A DNA stretch of 64,000 nt from a virus: positions 14,596 through 78,595 of IMG/VR virus record IMGVR_UViG_3300000651_000004; one strand, 5' to 3'. Both the position numbers and the translations under genes were made by a program. Positions 17,801 to 26,612 of the stretch are shown piece by piece. Every line of letters starts with the position of its first letter. Within the stretch, counting starts at the first letter, position 1. The notes beneath the pieces are model-generated. The model ran no database searches and was not told the DNA's origin. It saw nothing but the letters and a program-made list of their open reading frames with translations.

Positions 17801-20800
17801 ATCGGCCAGTTGCCCACATCCAAGTTGACGTTGCCTTTAGCAACCGCGCTTTTAAGATAGTTGTGCATCTGGGGGATCGAAACCCCCAGTTCTCTGGCCA
17901 GATCGGAAATAAAAACGGCGCTACCCAGCTGGCCTTTCTGGATTTTCTCAACAGCAGCCTGAACCGCAGGTGAAATCTTGCCTGAGCCAGGAAGCTTCTC
18001 GGCAAAAGCAGGTTCTACGCCAGCTGCTCCTCCTGTGGGTTCTGCAGCTCTTGCGATGCCAGTTGCTCCTCCTCCGGCGGTGGGGTTTGTTCCGCCAGTT
18101 TCTTCTGGCCCCTTGGCGATGACTTCTCCGATCCGCTCTGGCTCCCTGGCAACGGTAGTTGTGCCCCCAGGTCGCTCAGCACCGCCTTCTCGCTCTCCTC
18201 CGGTGGTGGGCCTTGGCCTTTCAGTTGTCTCTGCGGGGGCTTCAACGACGCCTCCGGTTGCGCCTCCGGGAGGAGGCCCTCCTGTGCCACCTGGTCCTCC
18301 GGTTGTCCCTCCCTCTCCTTCTCCCCGTCGAAGAAGTTCCCCAGTTGGTCCAACAGTCCCTTCGCCTTTTTCCTCACGTCCGGGTTCACCTCCGCCAGTG
18401 ACTTCAGTCGGTCCACCAGCTTGTTCGCCGGGTACTCCGGGTTGTTGAAGAACTTCTGGCGCAGGTGGCGGGGCAACTGCTGGTTGTTCGCCAACAGCTT
18501 TAGCGTGTTCTGCCGCTCTTGCGGCGGCCTGCTCGTGTCGAGCACGTGCCTCAGCCTCTCGCGCGCTCCAAAGCTCCGGGTGCCGTTCTCGGAATAGTTT
18601 GTCGATGATTGCTCTGGCTGCATCTGTCTCCTTTTTTGGCAACCCTTTGTAGTGTTTGATGTTCTCAGGTCGCTCTTCTTTAGGAACGCCCAAGTCTTCC
18701 AGGTTCCACCAGACTGCCCGTTCTATCCAGGCGTTGGGTTTTTTACCGGCGTCTATGTCCTGTTTTCTTAATTGTGCAATTACATCATTGCCAAGCTGGA
18801 TAAAATGGCTGTACCCGATTTTATCTCTGCGAATAGCATCCTTTTCTTCATCGGTTAAAGCCGCTTCTTCAGTGCCTGGTACAGCTGCTCCTTCTTCAGT
18901 TACTGGAGAAGGACCGATAGCTTCTTTGATTGCCCGCTCAGCTTCATCCTGTTCAGCCTGGGTTTCAATATCGGTTACTTCTTCTTTAGTGCGCCCTTCC
19001 CCGGCTTCTTCCTGCAGGGATTCCATCGGCGCTTTCTTCTGCTCTCTGGCTGCTTTCCGATATTCGTTCTTGGCTGCGCTTTCCAGGTATACCTTGATAC
19101 TATGTACCTTGGTACCGTCTGGTGCTTCTTTGGTCATGGCCCAGTCTTTTTTTGGATCAGGGTCAATCTGGTCCTCTAAGCCAGCGGCTCTCATCGCCTG
19201 GCCATACCGGCGAAGCTGGGTCAGATAAGCGGTTACAGCGTTTGATCGCGCATTGTCTGCAAGAACAGTTCCTCTGACATCAGTAAAGATTCTACCCAGT
19301 AACCTTTCGGAGTCTTCACTGTTTACGAAGTCGGTAGCATGCTTAAGATAAGCAGCTTCATGTGGAGCTTCGGGGTGCGCTTCGAATCGGGCAGGCGGTT
19401 CCTTGGCCAGGAAAACGTTGCCTTCTACATTATGGAGGTAGTCTTCCGGGTTAAGCCCGTGAGCGGTAAGAAGTTTTTCAGCAGCTTCTTCCTGCTCTTC
19501 AGTCAAAGCTTCTGACCGGTGCCCTTTATTAACTAAGCCCATCAGTTTGGTGGGGTCATTAGTCTTGGCAGCCTCTTCAATTAATCCCGGCGGCAGTATG
19601 CCACCGGTTACTTCGCCTGGAGCCGGCTCGGCGGGGGGCGCTTCCACCACCGGTTTAGGCGCGCGAGCTGCCTGTTCTTCTGTCAGCCGGTCGCTCAAGT
19701 GCTCGTTAAAATGTTCTGCGGCAATCCCCAGTTCATCCGGGGTGTTCTTGGCCCAGGCTTTTTCGGTCCAGCCAGGGGGGTGCATTTCCGCCTGGCTTTT
19801 GGGGAGCATGCCAAGTTGGTGCAGCATCTGGCGATAGTATCGTTTGTCATCCTTGTGGACATAATGTTCATCCTCGGGATGGCTATTGTTAACTTCCTGA
19901 TCAATAAAGGTATAAGCAATTTTGTTAGGAGTTTCACCGGTCAGCTTGGAAAGCTGATCGACCTTGTCCCGGATCTCCTGCTGGCGTTCGGCTATCTCGC
20001 GGCCGCCCTCACCAGTGGGAACTTTGCCGGGAGTTTCTGCTTCGGCAGCAGGCGCAGCAGTAGGTCGCTCACCCAAAAGGTTTAAAGCATCCTGCGCCTG
20101 CGCTGCATGTTCGCGTGTATCAAAAACTCTAACGTTGCCTTGATCATCCAAATGTAATTCGAATGTGCCATCAGGGCTTCGCTCAATGTGACCTGCTCTA
20201 AGTTGATTACCAAACCTGCTTGTTCTTCGCCCAGTAGCCGAATCTACGGTAACCCCTAAAGGTTCGTTCGCTCCATTTACCCTACTTTGATCAACGAGTT
20301 CTCCAGGCAGTTTTGGTCCTGCTGCCGTTTTTTGACCAAGCTTGTCATATATTACACCTTGAGCAGCCGGTTCTTTCGCTTCAGGTTCCGCTTCTTCCTC
20401 CGGTTCAACCTCTTTTGCTTTTGGCATCGCCGCTTCCAGTTCGGCTTTGCGTTGAGCGATCCGGTCAGCCTGGGAAATGGTGCGGGTGGTCGAGGTGGCT
20501 TGAGTCTGCCTGGAAGATTGATCCAGGGCGGCGGCAGTCTGCGGGTTCTGCGGCCGGATCTGGTCAGCTACGTTCTTCTGGTCCTGGGCCGATTCATCCA
20601 AATTAATTCGCGCCCTGATCTTGTCCCGCATCTCAGGCGGCACCTTGTTGCGCAGCGCGATATCAATGGCAGCCTCATTAGTGATTGGGGTATCGGTGAG
20701 TTTTGCGCTCAACTCATGATTACTCTGCACCAGGCTTTGCGCGATTTTTTTAACCTCATCGGCCTTTAAACGAATGCTGGCTTCCTCGGTCAGATGACCT

Positions 20801-22530
20801 CCCAATGTCCTGCCAATTCGTACAGCGGTACCGCCCGCGCCCATGATTGTACCGCTTAATACGGCTTCACCCACCCCCTGGTACCAGGGGGTCTTGTGAT
20901 CGTCCGAATCGCTGCCTGCCTCGATCAGGTTACTGGTTAATTGTTGCGCCCCAAATACCGCTCCCATAGTCGGAGCCTCTATAGCGCCATGTCTCAGGAG
21001 ATCATTCAGCCTGTTTTGAAAAACACTCTTTTCTGCTGCGCTTAACCCGTCGTATCCTTGAATGGCACGGCCCAAGAGGAACCCGCTCATCGCCATGAAG
21101 GTGCCGGTGCCGAATGCTTGTCTGGTTCCGTTATCCCGCTTGAAATCCTCACGCTCACTTTGCGTAAAGAATTGTCCCTTTTTTTCCAGCTCCTCAAGTT
21201 TGGCCTCGCCTGAGTCGTAGCCGGTTTTGTAAGAATCCCCCATTGCCATGGCTAGTTCTGCAGCTGGTCCTAAACCAGTGGGCGCGAGGACCGTACCGGC
21301 AACTATATAAGGAGCATAGGTTCCTAGTAATTGAGCGCCCTTATTAACCAGCGGGTGAGCGCGCAGGTAAGCTTCATCCTTTAATTTAAACTGTTGCTCA
21401 ATCTTGTTAACCGCATCATCAATGTTCTGAGCTGCTGCAACCCCGGCCGGCTTTTCCGGCACCACCTGGCCACCGGAATTGATATAATCATCCAGGGCTT
21501 TCATCCGCATCTGCAACCCTTTGGCAGCCCGGACATCGTCGATCGCTTTGGGCATGTCGCCGTCGCGCATCGGATGCTCTTTAGGGTTCTGCATGTAAAG
21601 AGCCCGGCGCTCCGGATAATTCTTGATGAAATCAAGCGCTTCATCCGCCCGGTTTTGAAATGCCGGTTCGCGCAGATCCAACTCATCCCGTTCGTGCTTG
21701 GCCTTGTCGATGGAAAGCCTGCCGATATCAGAGTTGTCAATCGAACCGCTCGGGTCCAGGGCAATAGCCAGGCCGCCGGCTATCCGGCTGGTGGCCTCCA
21801 TGCCGTATGCCGCAGTGGCTCCCCCGAATTTAACCGGGGTGTCCAGGCTCCAGAAAGGTTTGATCTTTTTGAGTTGCTGATCGGAGAAATTGTTGATCGC
21901 GTTCTCGTAATCCTTGGGGTCTGACCCTTCTTTGAGAGCCTGCTCGCGTCCTGCCGCCTGCATTTCCTTAGTCCAGCGGTCCAGCATGGCAGCGCGCCCG
22001 TCAGAATCAGCTTTCTGATAATTATCCGTCGCGGTGATCTGGCTCCAGTTAAGCGGATCGGGAGCTGGGGCTGAATCAGTCGCCCCGCTCAACCAGCGGT
22101 TGGGATCAAGCGGAGTCGGCTCGCCTCCGGTGGGTGAGACATAAGGGGTTTGCGGCACCTCGCGCCCTTCCCATTCGCCGCTGACTCCGCGCGAGCCTTC
22201 TTTAACCGGTTCTTTAGGCGCTTCTTTTTTTTCTTCTTTAGGCTTAGGAAAATATCGCTTCTCTTCTTCCGGCGGTGGCGCTGGTAACACAGGCGCGGCA
22301 CCTTCCTGGGCTGCCGGGGTAGGCGCTGGGGTAGGTGCTGGAGTTTCTGGAGTCGGTGCAGGCGCAGGCCCTCTACGAGGGAAAAAGGTTTTCCCTGTCG
22401 CCGTTGTCGTTAACGGTTCTTGTTGTTCTCGGGCCGGTGGCGGCGGGGGCGGCGGTGCAACCTGTTGTTCAGCCGGGTAAGAAGTGCCTAGTGCCGGTTG
22501 CGCAGTTTCGATCTCTTCTAAAGTCGGCAT
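11821..22530 (-). CDS. Giant internal (ejected) virion protein / polyvalent protein, 3569 aa
   Basis: Last of the internal-protein genes. Contains Pro/Ala/Glu linkers, a zincin HEVTH motif (15676-15690), a degenerate HTLQH (16444-16458), and wHTH-like and sigma-like segments. Confidence 0.8.
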   Translation of the reverse strand: MPTLEEIETAQPALGTSYPAEQQVAPPPPPPPAREQQEPLTTTATGKTFFPRRGPAPAPTPETPAPTPAPTPAAQEGAAPVLPAPPPEEEKRYFPKPKEEKKEAPKEPVKEGSRGVSGEWEGREVPQTPYVSPTGGEPTPLDPNRWLSGATDSAPAPDPLNWSQITATDNYQKADSDGRAAMLDRWTKEMQAAGREQALKEGSDPKDYENAINNFSDQQLKKIKPFWSLDTPVKFGGATAAYGMEATSRIAGGLAIALDPSGSIDNSDIGRLSIDKAKHERDELDLREPAFQNRADEALDFIKNYPERRALYMQNPKEHPMRDGDMPKAIDDVRAAKGLQMRMKALDDYINSGGQVVPEKPAGVAAAQNIDDAVNKIEQQFKLKDEAYLRAHPLVNKGAQLLGTYAPYIVAGTVLAPTGLGPAAELAMAMGDSYKTGYDSGEAKLEELEKKGQFFTQSEREDFKRDNGTRQAFGTGTFMAMSGFLLGRAIQGYDGLSAAEKSVFQNRLNDLLRHGAIEAPTMGAVFGAQQLTSNLIEAGSDSDDHKTPWYQGVGEAVLSGTIMGAGGTAVRIGRTLGGHLTEEASIRLKADEVKKIAQSLVQSNHELSAKLTDTPITNEAAIDIALRNKVPPEMRDKIRARINLDESAQDQKNVADQIRPQNPQTAAALDQSSRQTQATSTTRTISQADRIAQRKAELEAAMPKAKEVEPEEEAEPEAKEPAAQGVIYDKLGQKTAAGPKLPGELVDQSRVNGANEPLGVTVDSATGRRTSRFGNQLRAGHIERSPDGTFELHLDDQGNVRVFDTREHAAQAQDALNLLGERPTAAPAAEAETPGKVPTGEGGREIAERQQEIRDKVDQLSKLTGETPNKIAYTFIDQEVNNSHPEDEHYVHKDDKRYYRQMLHQLGMLPKSQAEMHPPGWTEKAWAKNTPDELGIAAEHFNEHLSDRLTEEQAARAPKPVVEAPPAEPAPGEVTGGILPPGLIEEAAKTNDPTKLMGLVNKGHRSEALTEEQEEAAEKLLTAHGLNPEDYLHNVEGNVFLAKEPPARFEAHPEAPHEAAYLKHATDFVNSEDSERLLGRIFTDVRGTVLADNARSNAVTAYLTQLRRYGQAMRAAGLEDQIDPDPKKDWAMTKEAPDGTKVHSIKVYLESAAKNEYRKAAREQKKAPMESLQEEAGEGRTKEEVTDIETQAEQDEAERAIKEAIGPSPVTEEGAAVPGTEEAALTDEEKDAIRRDKIGYSHFIQLGNDVIAQLRKQDIDAGKKPNAWIERAVWWNLEDLGVPKEERPENIKHYKGLPKKETDAARAIIDKLFRERHPELWSAREAEARARHEQAAARAAEHAKAVGEQPAVAPPPAPEVLQQPGVPGEQAGGPTEVTGGGEPGREEKGEGTVGPTGELLRRGEGEGGTTGGPGGTGGPPPGGATGGVVEAPAETTERPRPTTGGEREGGAERPGGTTTVAREPERIGEVIAKGPEETGGTNPTAGGGATGIARAAEPTGGAAGVEPAFAEKLPGSGKISPAVQAAVEKIQKGQLGSAVFISDLARELGVSIPQMHNYLKSAVAKGNVNLDVGNWPIATEHQRAGALTDRGEKRLLVRLSTPETPTEQPVKLREAIEQTPGNTAPSPYVDSSGYRRPWSDIPNGRAVQRQDGKIFISGSHTVSAIQAEIQGPRATGEHKATSSGEVMNGVYYPFSRDVPFRGTSLDVAMVDLNRAEPLNEENFGSHSLLPKGWKTEPLPRAPEAETPPAEAPAAAPREQIPQIKLSGTSIEKLIPQIEKAAQVYPEVAKRLAGDWSRAGITDLANNLKDQVAAGIPSRSEKFGALMEWGREFNKAIQAEEAAAPRKPIYAAGEAAPAEKLNWDAADSLANAVKANPEMASRLGLTGLNSSEIVSTIQRALGGTVGEGVINDHINSLRQQMGDLPPAEPPGGAGSSGTLHSMVPGVQAMHGFSGKATDLVGFLRNHSTNTDLQEFARTLNAFKNNLTDMPVRQVNSPVGVMFAHNGELWVSNSAVHDPQGMMAMAHTLQHAIAQRQIAQPQTPEEMQSHQRLVDLHNRFKRSLPADLRDALENEIAPEFDNFKASGYREMDTRYMTEEQKNWLPILWAAHSPENFVMAAFSNGNFRRYLDGVRMADGRTFLEGTRQWARQIFGANALRYADSAHTFSANHPGMPTRFDPNTHNLEGAYPMTPSEKQATARAMKYGLNKGVHEALTKVADLSENPRHRALARELAKIVKKYPQIAIALDERIGGYAGGYNFRHDTVEINPHYEDEPIEHSIIHEVTHALTQGAIDAYQKGQTDLLSPAQMHHISEIEAARRAALRDPATPQVIRDIASMDTYKQREAAMLDLLQRDPALGNKFYGLTDLREFASEVLSNGELQDHLNGIKAEAPHKNLLHKTFNWIRKLLGFRDDTLLGRAFNNTMSLAGDGRRLMEADVTAGGLKVRSSMVMRENLLARRALEERANREGYTGARSVPKDTLRQWLSEWREGNAFSQNARDLAAPHMVGEPRTDGMIRSTPELKTMNQPTDILDHLAKVTGTQHHDTEALRHVVDQAFKDKAITLQQFIQAHQGLNSLDDQTLNRLALPLGGSKQDYDSLASKIIRWGKDWKYGGNLPPELQELITQHKTYDFQAVSSRVNSRMRDLEKAAQRQFKVHYDKLDPKITEDFLKVARMEMNPPPGWSNELIDSLYNMRNDVDDNSQYIGMKKMVGQDKLIAIRNNIGKYFTTSYDVFNDTRWRRRPEFTGEKTAAAPQGVRLAAAEAAVDAWLVGDNRTQYAKYRAEEARNNELRKHPDPTDPVARLAARRAYFAEKAAAMKHTGANFLDYKFNEWEQRTRNKQTHFLQYGHAYNIDDSIMKDLKYMPPEVHQLMGKFGPGADIPILDKFGNPTGRYRQTKNMGDIRKIYQQSMERQAKFIAAHEIADGMYTLGRQGGWLSPTMTPTCSVRLPEDFDHLGKVRGMYTTPEVAAGLTSYNQNLVKFKSGFIGQGIRKMESATRYLATMGNLPRSMGNFHTTYMQPMVNGYYFQGPALKALGLSWKKAGQVFMADLMRQTNPQRQAELEHYIRLGLGDKETNIHEMMNFIQHQAQAGTVPLDLQEAYSHWSQRIMKEQPWLRAGETAKDWMQKLHTTGPFMSKVIQFHMEKAIQRWINDEDVAKGGRRLSDEEIEQTAAKEIRDTNISYSQVSPNIMALRRNPLLGTFLSFGEQHIKAWLNNVIHGWKNLVSDNSRRRWNGAARLGGAMSTLLGTYLIQRATMAAFGISEKDDENFRKLLPPWEQHNAIFYLPKDGNKMAYINMGYTNQASTIYQAFHALLNMRNNPDGIMGAGADFVNEIFKPMYSFGLFTGPVIDVARNQTSYGTQVYNPNEDIWTRSGDILHYLTQRGLGGSVGHLLSGRAYAINDQVTPGGAVYNWLTGPAAEITGLGMHEVSFPERFRSYIASSKDQIGKTEQLFTSPIQRSNSNLSDDQIAALYQKSENARRNAFNDLHDRIEAARFGGMSSNEIRIALAARRYSAQVIDDLMAGRYHPYIPSEGILKNARHNGNYVPSSLFSRRTFHYEEPEEEGEE

Positions 22531-22533
22531 AAT

Positions 22534-25017
22534 TTATGCAAAGGCCGGCAATTCCTCTGAACTTTTTACCGGTGATTTCTCTTTAATCATCTTGGCCAGC
22601 ACTGCCTGGGTCTGTGGCCGCTGGTAAGTCGGGGTGGCTATCTTAGGCAGCTGTCTCCGGGGTTGAGCTTGAGCGACTTCCTCGACTGGTTCTTTTTCTT
22701 CCGGTTCTTTTGCAGCGGCAGTCCTGGTTTCTTCGGGTTGTTCTTCAGTCTTAGCTACCGTAGCGCCAGGGGTGCCCTTCAAATCTTCCTGCACATATTT
22801 TTTGAAATTGTCCCATGGATAATCCAGCGGGTCCTGTTTGCGTTCCGGCGCGATGGTTGAATGTCCGACCACGTCATCAATCGTAAGACCGGGGTGCCGT
22901 TCCATAATCTGGGATACCAGCTTGGCTGCCCCGCGAACCTGGGCATCCGGCCAATCCTGTTTCCCGTCAACATGCTCCTGTTCGATGCCAAGGGTGACCT
23001 GGTTGGAGTAACGGCTATCGTCAATGTTTTTGCCGGCATGATAAGCGACATCATTTTCGGGAACGAAATGCTGCACTGTCCCATCCCTGTTCACATAATA
23101 GTGGGCGGACACATTGCCTTGAGTCAGGTTATTGATATCGCCTTCCCGAGTGCCGTCGCCTGAATGCATGACAATGGTGCGAATATCGCGAGTCTTACCT
23201 TCCGCTGTCTTGCTAAATGAGACTGAAGGAGTATCGACAGCCGCTTCCTGAGGCGGTTTATAACCAGCCGGTACTCCTTGTTCAGTTGAGGCCCACTGGT
23301 TACGACCCAAGGCTTCCTTGACCGCCACATTAGTCTCTTCCTGGGTAGGCCCCCCTGCAGGAGTTGGTCGGCGGCTGCCATTGTTTATGTGCTGTTCCCA
23401 GGTGGTGTCGCTGATGGTGCCAGGGTGATACCCTCTGATCTGCATCGATTCGCCATGAGGGCCGATAATTGAGAAACCCACCTTGGCTTTGCCGCCGGTA
23501 TTTAAATCGTGTGAAGTCTTGTAGGTCAGATCAATCGCGTTCCCAGTCCATTCGGCGGGGCCGGCATCGATTATTGGCACAGTCTTGGTGACCCCGCTTT
23601 CATTGCTTACGGCAACGTGGTAATCACCGCGCTTGATGGCTTCCCGGATATTGGGATCATTGGTGTAATCGCCGATCGTTTGTTTGATGACGTTAATGGG
23701 TAACGATGCGCCCTCGATATCTTTGTTGTGCGCGTTAAACCCGAAGGCAGTTTGAGGATTTTCATCCATGGCATCATAACTGCCTTTCTCATAATCCAGG
23801 CCCCAGGTGGTGCCGTTGCCAACCACCCGGTCATGATAATCAGGCGCTGGCGCTTCCTGCTCAGCCGGTTTTTGTGCCGGGGGTGGTGCGGCCTTGGCGG
23901 TTGTATCTTCCAGGGGTACCGGCTCAGGAACATTGTGCGGAACCATGTTTTCATCCGGCGCATGGTAGCTCCGCAACAGGTTTTCCATGTTGCTCTCTTC
24001 AGCCTTGTATTGCCCAATCAGGTTGGGGGCTTGAGGCGAATAGAGGCCGCGATCCACCTGGTTGTCAGTGGGCGCGGCTGTTGCACTTTTTAATGGTGCA
24101 AACGCGGCATCAAACCCTCCTTGAGTAGATTTGCTTAAAGCAGCAAAGGGGTCTGAAAGAAACGAAAGAGCGTCTGGCGCTTGTTCGTTCCCGCTTAATG
24201 GAACAATGGCTTCCGGACCTGCCTCGCCAACCAGGGCCACGGTGGGGCTGGTGACAATGCCGCCCTCCTGATAACGAGGAAGCCGGGAGACGAAAAGATT
24301 ATTTTCTAAATTGGCTTGCCAGTTGGCTCCGCTTTGTGGTTGGGCGGTTTGCAGCTGTTGTTGCCGACCGGCCGGCAGCGGCAAATTAGTTCCCGGTTGC
24401 TGACCTGGCTGCGGCGGGGGCGGTTGAACCGTGACATCCAACGGGCCCATGAGAGAGGGTGCGGTTGGAGTGCCGATTGGCGCACCTTCTCTATAGGCAA
24501 GACCTCCGGCTGGGGCGCTGATGGCTGTACCGGGAGCCTGCGGTTGCATCCCGTACATTTGGGCCGGAGGAACCCAGCCCCAGCTTCTCGGGTCAATTGT
24601 CTGCGGCAATTGCCCTGCCTGAGGCCCCTGATTCTTTTCCTGGGAAGGCCCCATGAACTCGTAATAAGTATTCGGCCCCTGGCCTGGTTGATCCCATTGC
24701 TGGATTGATTGCCAGTTGCTGGGATTAGTCAGGATGTTGAGCAGGTTCTGATTCTGAGGCGTATTAAGCTCCGAGAGATTAGGCGAAAAACCAGCGCCAA
24801 TCCCTGAGATCTCGCTTCCCGGCTGAGTTCCGATGTCCAGACCACCGGGGGGTACCCCTTGGTCACCAGCGCCGTAAGTAAGTGGACCACCCGGAGTTTC
24901 ACTTATGCCAAGACCACCAAACAGCGAGGAAAGATCCGGCCCTCCGATAATCTTGCGCTGATTGAACAGCTGTTGAAGATTCGTTAAAGAGAACTGGCTG
25001 TTGGCGGCGGCAGGCAT
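22534..25017 (-). CDS. Virion-associated peptidoglycan hydrolase (RlpA/DPBB-like plus Amidase_2)
   Basis: IDAGP...NAIDLT; IVMH..VSAHYYV..AYHAG..N..TLGIE..GHS.IAP.RK.DP; also YQEGGIVTSPTVALVGEAGPEAIVPL. Confidence 0.85.
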   Translation of the reverse strand: MPAAANSQFSLTNLQQLFNQRKIIGGPDLSSLFGGLGISETPGGPLTYGAGDQGVPPGGLDIGTQPGSEISGIGAGFSPNLSELNTPQNQNLLNILTNPSNWQSIQQWDQPGQGPNTYYEFMGPSQEKNQGPQAGQLPQTIDPRSWGWVPPAQMYGMQPQAPGTAISAPAGGLAYREGAPIGTPTAPSLMGPLDVTVQPPPPQPGQQPGTNLPLPAGRQQQLQTAQPQSGANWQANLENNLFVSRLPRYQEGGIVTSPTVALVGEAGPEAIVPLSGNEQAPDALSFLSDPFAALSKSTQGGFDAAFAPLKSATAAPTDNQVDRGLYSPQAPNLIGQYKAEESNMENLLRSYHAPDENMVPHNVPEPVPLEDTTAKAAPPPAQKPAEQEAPAPDYHDRVVGNGTTWGLDYEKGSYDAMDENPQTAFGFNAHNKDIEGASLPINVIKQTIGDYTNDPNIREAIKRGDYHVAVSNESGVTKTVPIIDAGPAEWTGNAIDLTYKTSHDLNTGGKAKVGFSIIGPHGESMQIRGYHPGTISDTTWEQHINNGSRRPTPAGGPTQEETNVAVKEALGRNQWASTEQGVPAGYKPPQEAAVDTPSVSFSKTAEGKTRDIRTIVMHSGDGTREGDINNLTQGNVSAHYYVNRDGTVQHFVPENDVAYHAGKNIDDSRYSNQVTLGIEQEHVDGKQDWPDAQVRGAAKLVSQIMERHPGLTIDDVVGHSTIAPERKQDPLDYPWDNFKKYVQEDLKGTPGATVAKTEEQPEETRTAAAKEPEEKEPVEEVAQAQPRRQLPKIATPTYQRPQTQAVLAKMIKEKSPVKSSEELPAFA

Positions 25018-25018
25018 T

Positions 25019-26602
25019 TTAAGCTAATGCTTCTTCTCCTTCTTCTTCAGTCCCCTGGCCGCCTCCCTGGAACAGGGCATTCATGCTGTCGGTCAAAGAG
25101 CCTGAATCGATTGCCGCAGCGTACCGATTGGTCATACCAGGGAGCAGGAAAGAGCCGCCGCCGCCGGCTGCTTCAGCAGCTGGAACTGGCGCTGGCGTTG
25201 TGGTTGCTGCCGCCAGGTTGGTTGCACCAACTGCTGGGGTCGCCATCGAATGTTGCCCGGTCCAGAATTCAGCCCTGGCTTTTGATGAGGTGCTTCCCGG
25301 CTGGCCGCCACCTCTGCCACCTAAGTTATCAAGTGCTTTTTGGTATTCAGTCGGATTAGTATCCTTTAGATAATCAATTCGTAATGCTTCAGCACTAGTC
25401 CGTGCATCATAAGCATCGGCTGATTCATCTTTCCCTTTGGGCATAGCGGCCTGGACTTTGTCCATTACTTCTCTGCTCGGCTTATAGCCGGAAGTTTTAG
25501 GTGCTTTTTCTTCCTGTTTAAGCCGGGCCATAAAATGTTCCTGGGCAGTGTTACCAGCCGAATATGCCCCCTGTTCGATGTCTTTGGCAGACATACCGGG
25601 TTGATGAGTAGCAATGGATTTGTTGTAAGCGTCCCAGGCATCGGTGCCCCAGAGTTTTTTTACCTTAAACCTTTCTTCGGCCTGCCTGGCATTGAACATG
25701 GCTTCACCAAAACGGTTCTGTTGATGATCGTTGGGGTCGGTATTGATGTAGGTTTCCATGAACGCTTTTTTGGCGTCAGGGCTCATCGCGCTAAGTTTAC
25801 TGCGCTCATCAACTTCCATACCCAAAGCGGTAGCCGGTCCCATAATCCCTTCCCATCGATGCCGGCCGTCATCGGTTTTCAGTTTGCTCCAGGTATCAGT
25901 AATCATCTGCTGGATCTCAGGATTATCCTGTGAAGCATAAAGATCTTGCGGCCGCTGTTTATGCACCCATTCTGTAGCATCCCGAATAGTTCGCTCGTCA
26001 TCGGCTCGATCCTGCAGCTTAAGTTTAGCTTCAGAATCTAAAGTTTGTTGATGTTCTCGTTCAGCGTTCTCCCTGGCAATTAATGCCTGATCAGTAATCT
26101 TCTTTTGCTCCAGCTCATCCTGAGCTTTCTTTTCATCCGCCTCGTTATGCCGCTTGGTTTCTGCTTGCTGTGCGTCAAAACGCTGGCTCTCCATGTCGTG
26201 CCAGCGGGCATCCTCATCCTTGGCCTGTTGATCGATTCGGTCGCGTAACGCCTGGGATTGTTCTTCAGCCTGGTTATGCCGGGAAGTTTCTTGTTGTTTG
26301 GCGGAATCAAGTCCGAAAGCCAGCTTGGCTTGCGCTTCCTTGGCGACGTTCTCACGTCTGGTTTCACCCAGCTGCTGCACCTTGAGATCGTGTTCATCGA
26401 GGAAATTTTGTGCTTCAGCTTTTCGGAAATCGTCCTCGCTCATCGCTTTCTTCCAGTCCAGGATGTACTGGTAAGGTGCCAATGCACCACGGATTGCTTC
26501 CGAGAACATGCCGGCATAGTTAGGGGCATTAGTCGGCCTGCCTACTTCTTCGCTGACCGGCTTGACCGGCTGAATCTGACCGCCAAATCCTTCTCCTGCC
26601 AT
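25019..26602 (-). CDS. Internal virion protein (coiled coil)
   Basis: Q/E/A/K-rich with ETxRHN repeats; lies among the ejection genes. Confidence 0.65.
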   Translation of the reverse strand: MAGEGFGGQIQPVKPVSEEVGRPTNAPNYAGMFSEAIRGALAPYQYILDWKKAMSEDDFRKAEAQNFLDEHDLKVQQLGETRRENVAKEAQAKLAFGLDSAKQQETSRHNQAEEQSQALRDRIDQQAKDEDARWHDMESQRFDAQQAETKRHNEADEKKAQDELEQKKITDQALIARENAEREHQQTLDSEAKLKLQDRADDERTIRDATEWVHKQRPQDLYASQDNPEIQQMITDTWSKLKTDDGRHRWEGIMGPATALGMEVDERSKLSAMSPDAKKAFMETYINTDPNDHQQNRFGEAMFNARQAEERFKVKKLWGTDAWDAYNKSIATHQPGMSAKDIEQGAYSAGNTAQEHFMARLKQEEKAPKTSGYKPSREVMDKVQAAMPKGKDESADAYDARTSAEALRIDYLKDTNPTEYQKALDNLGGRGGGQPGSTSSKARAEFWTGQHSMATPAVGATNLAAATTTPAPVPAAEAAGGGGSFLLPGMTNRYAAAIDSGSLTDSMNALFQGGGQGTEEEGEEALA

Positions 26603-26612
26603 AGTTTAACTC

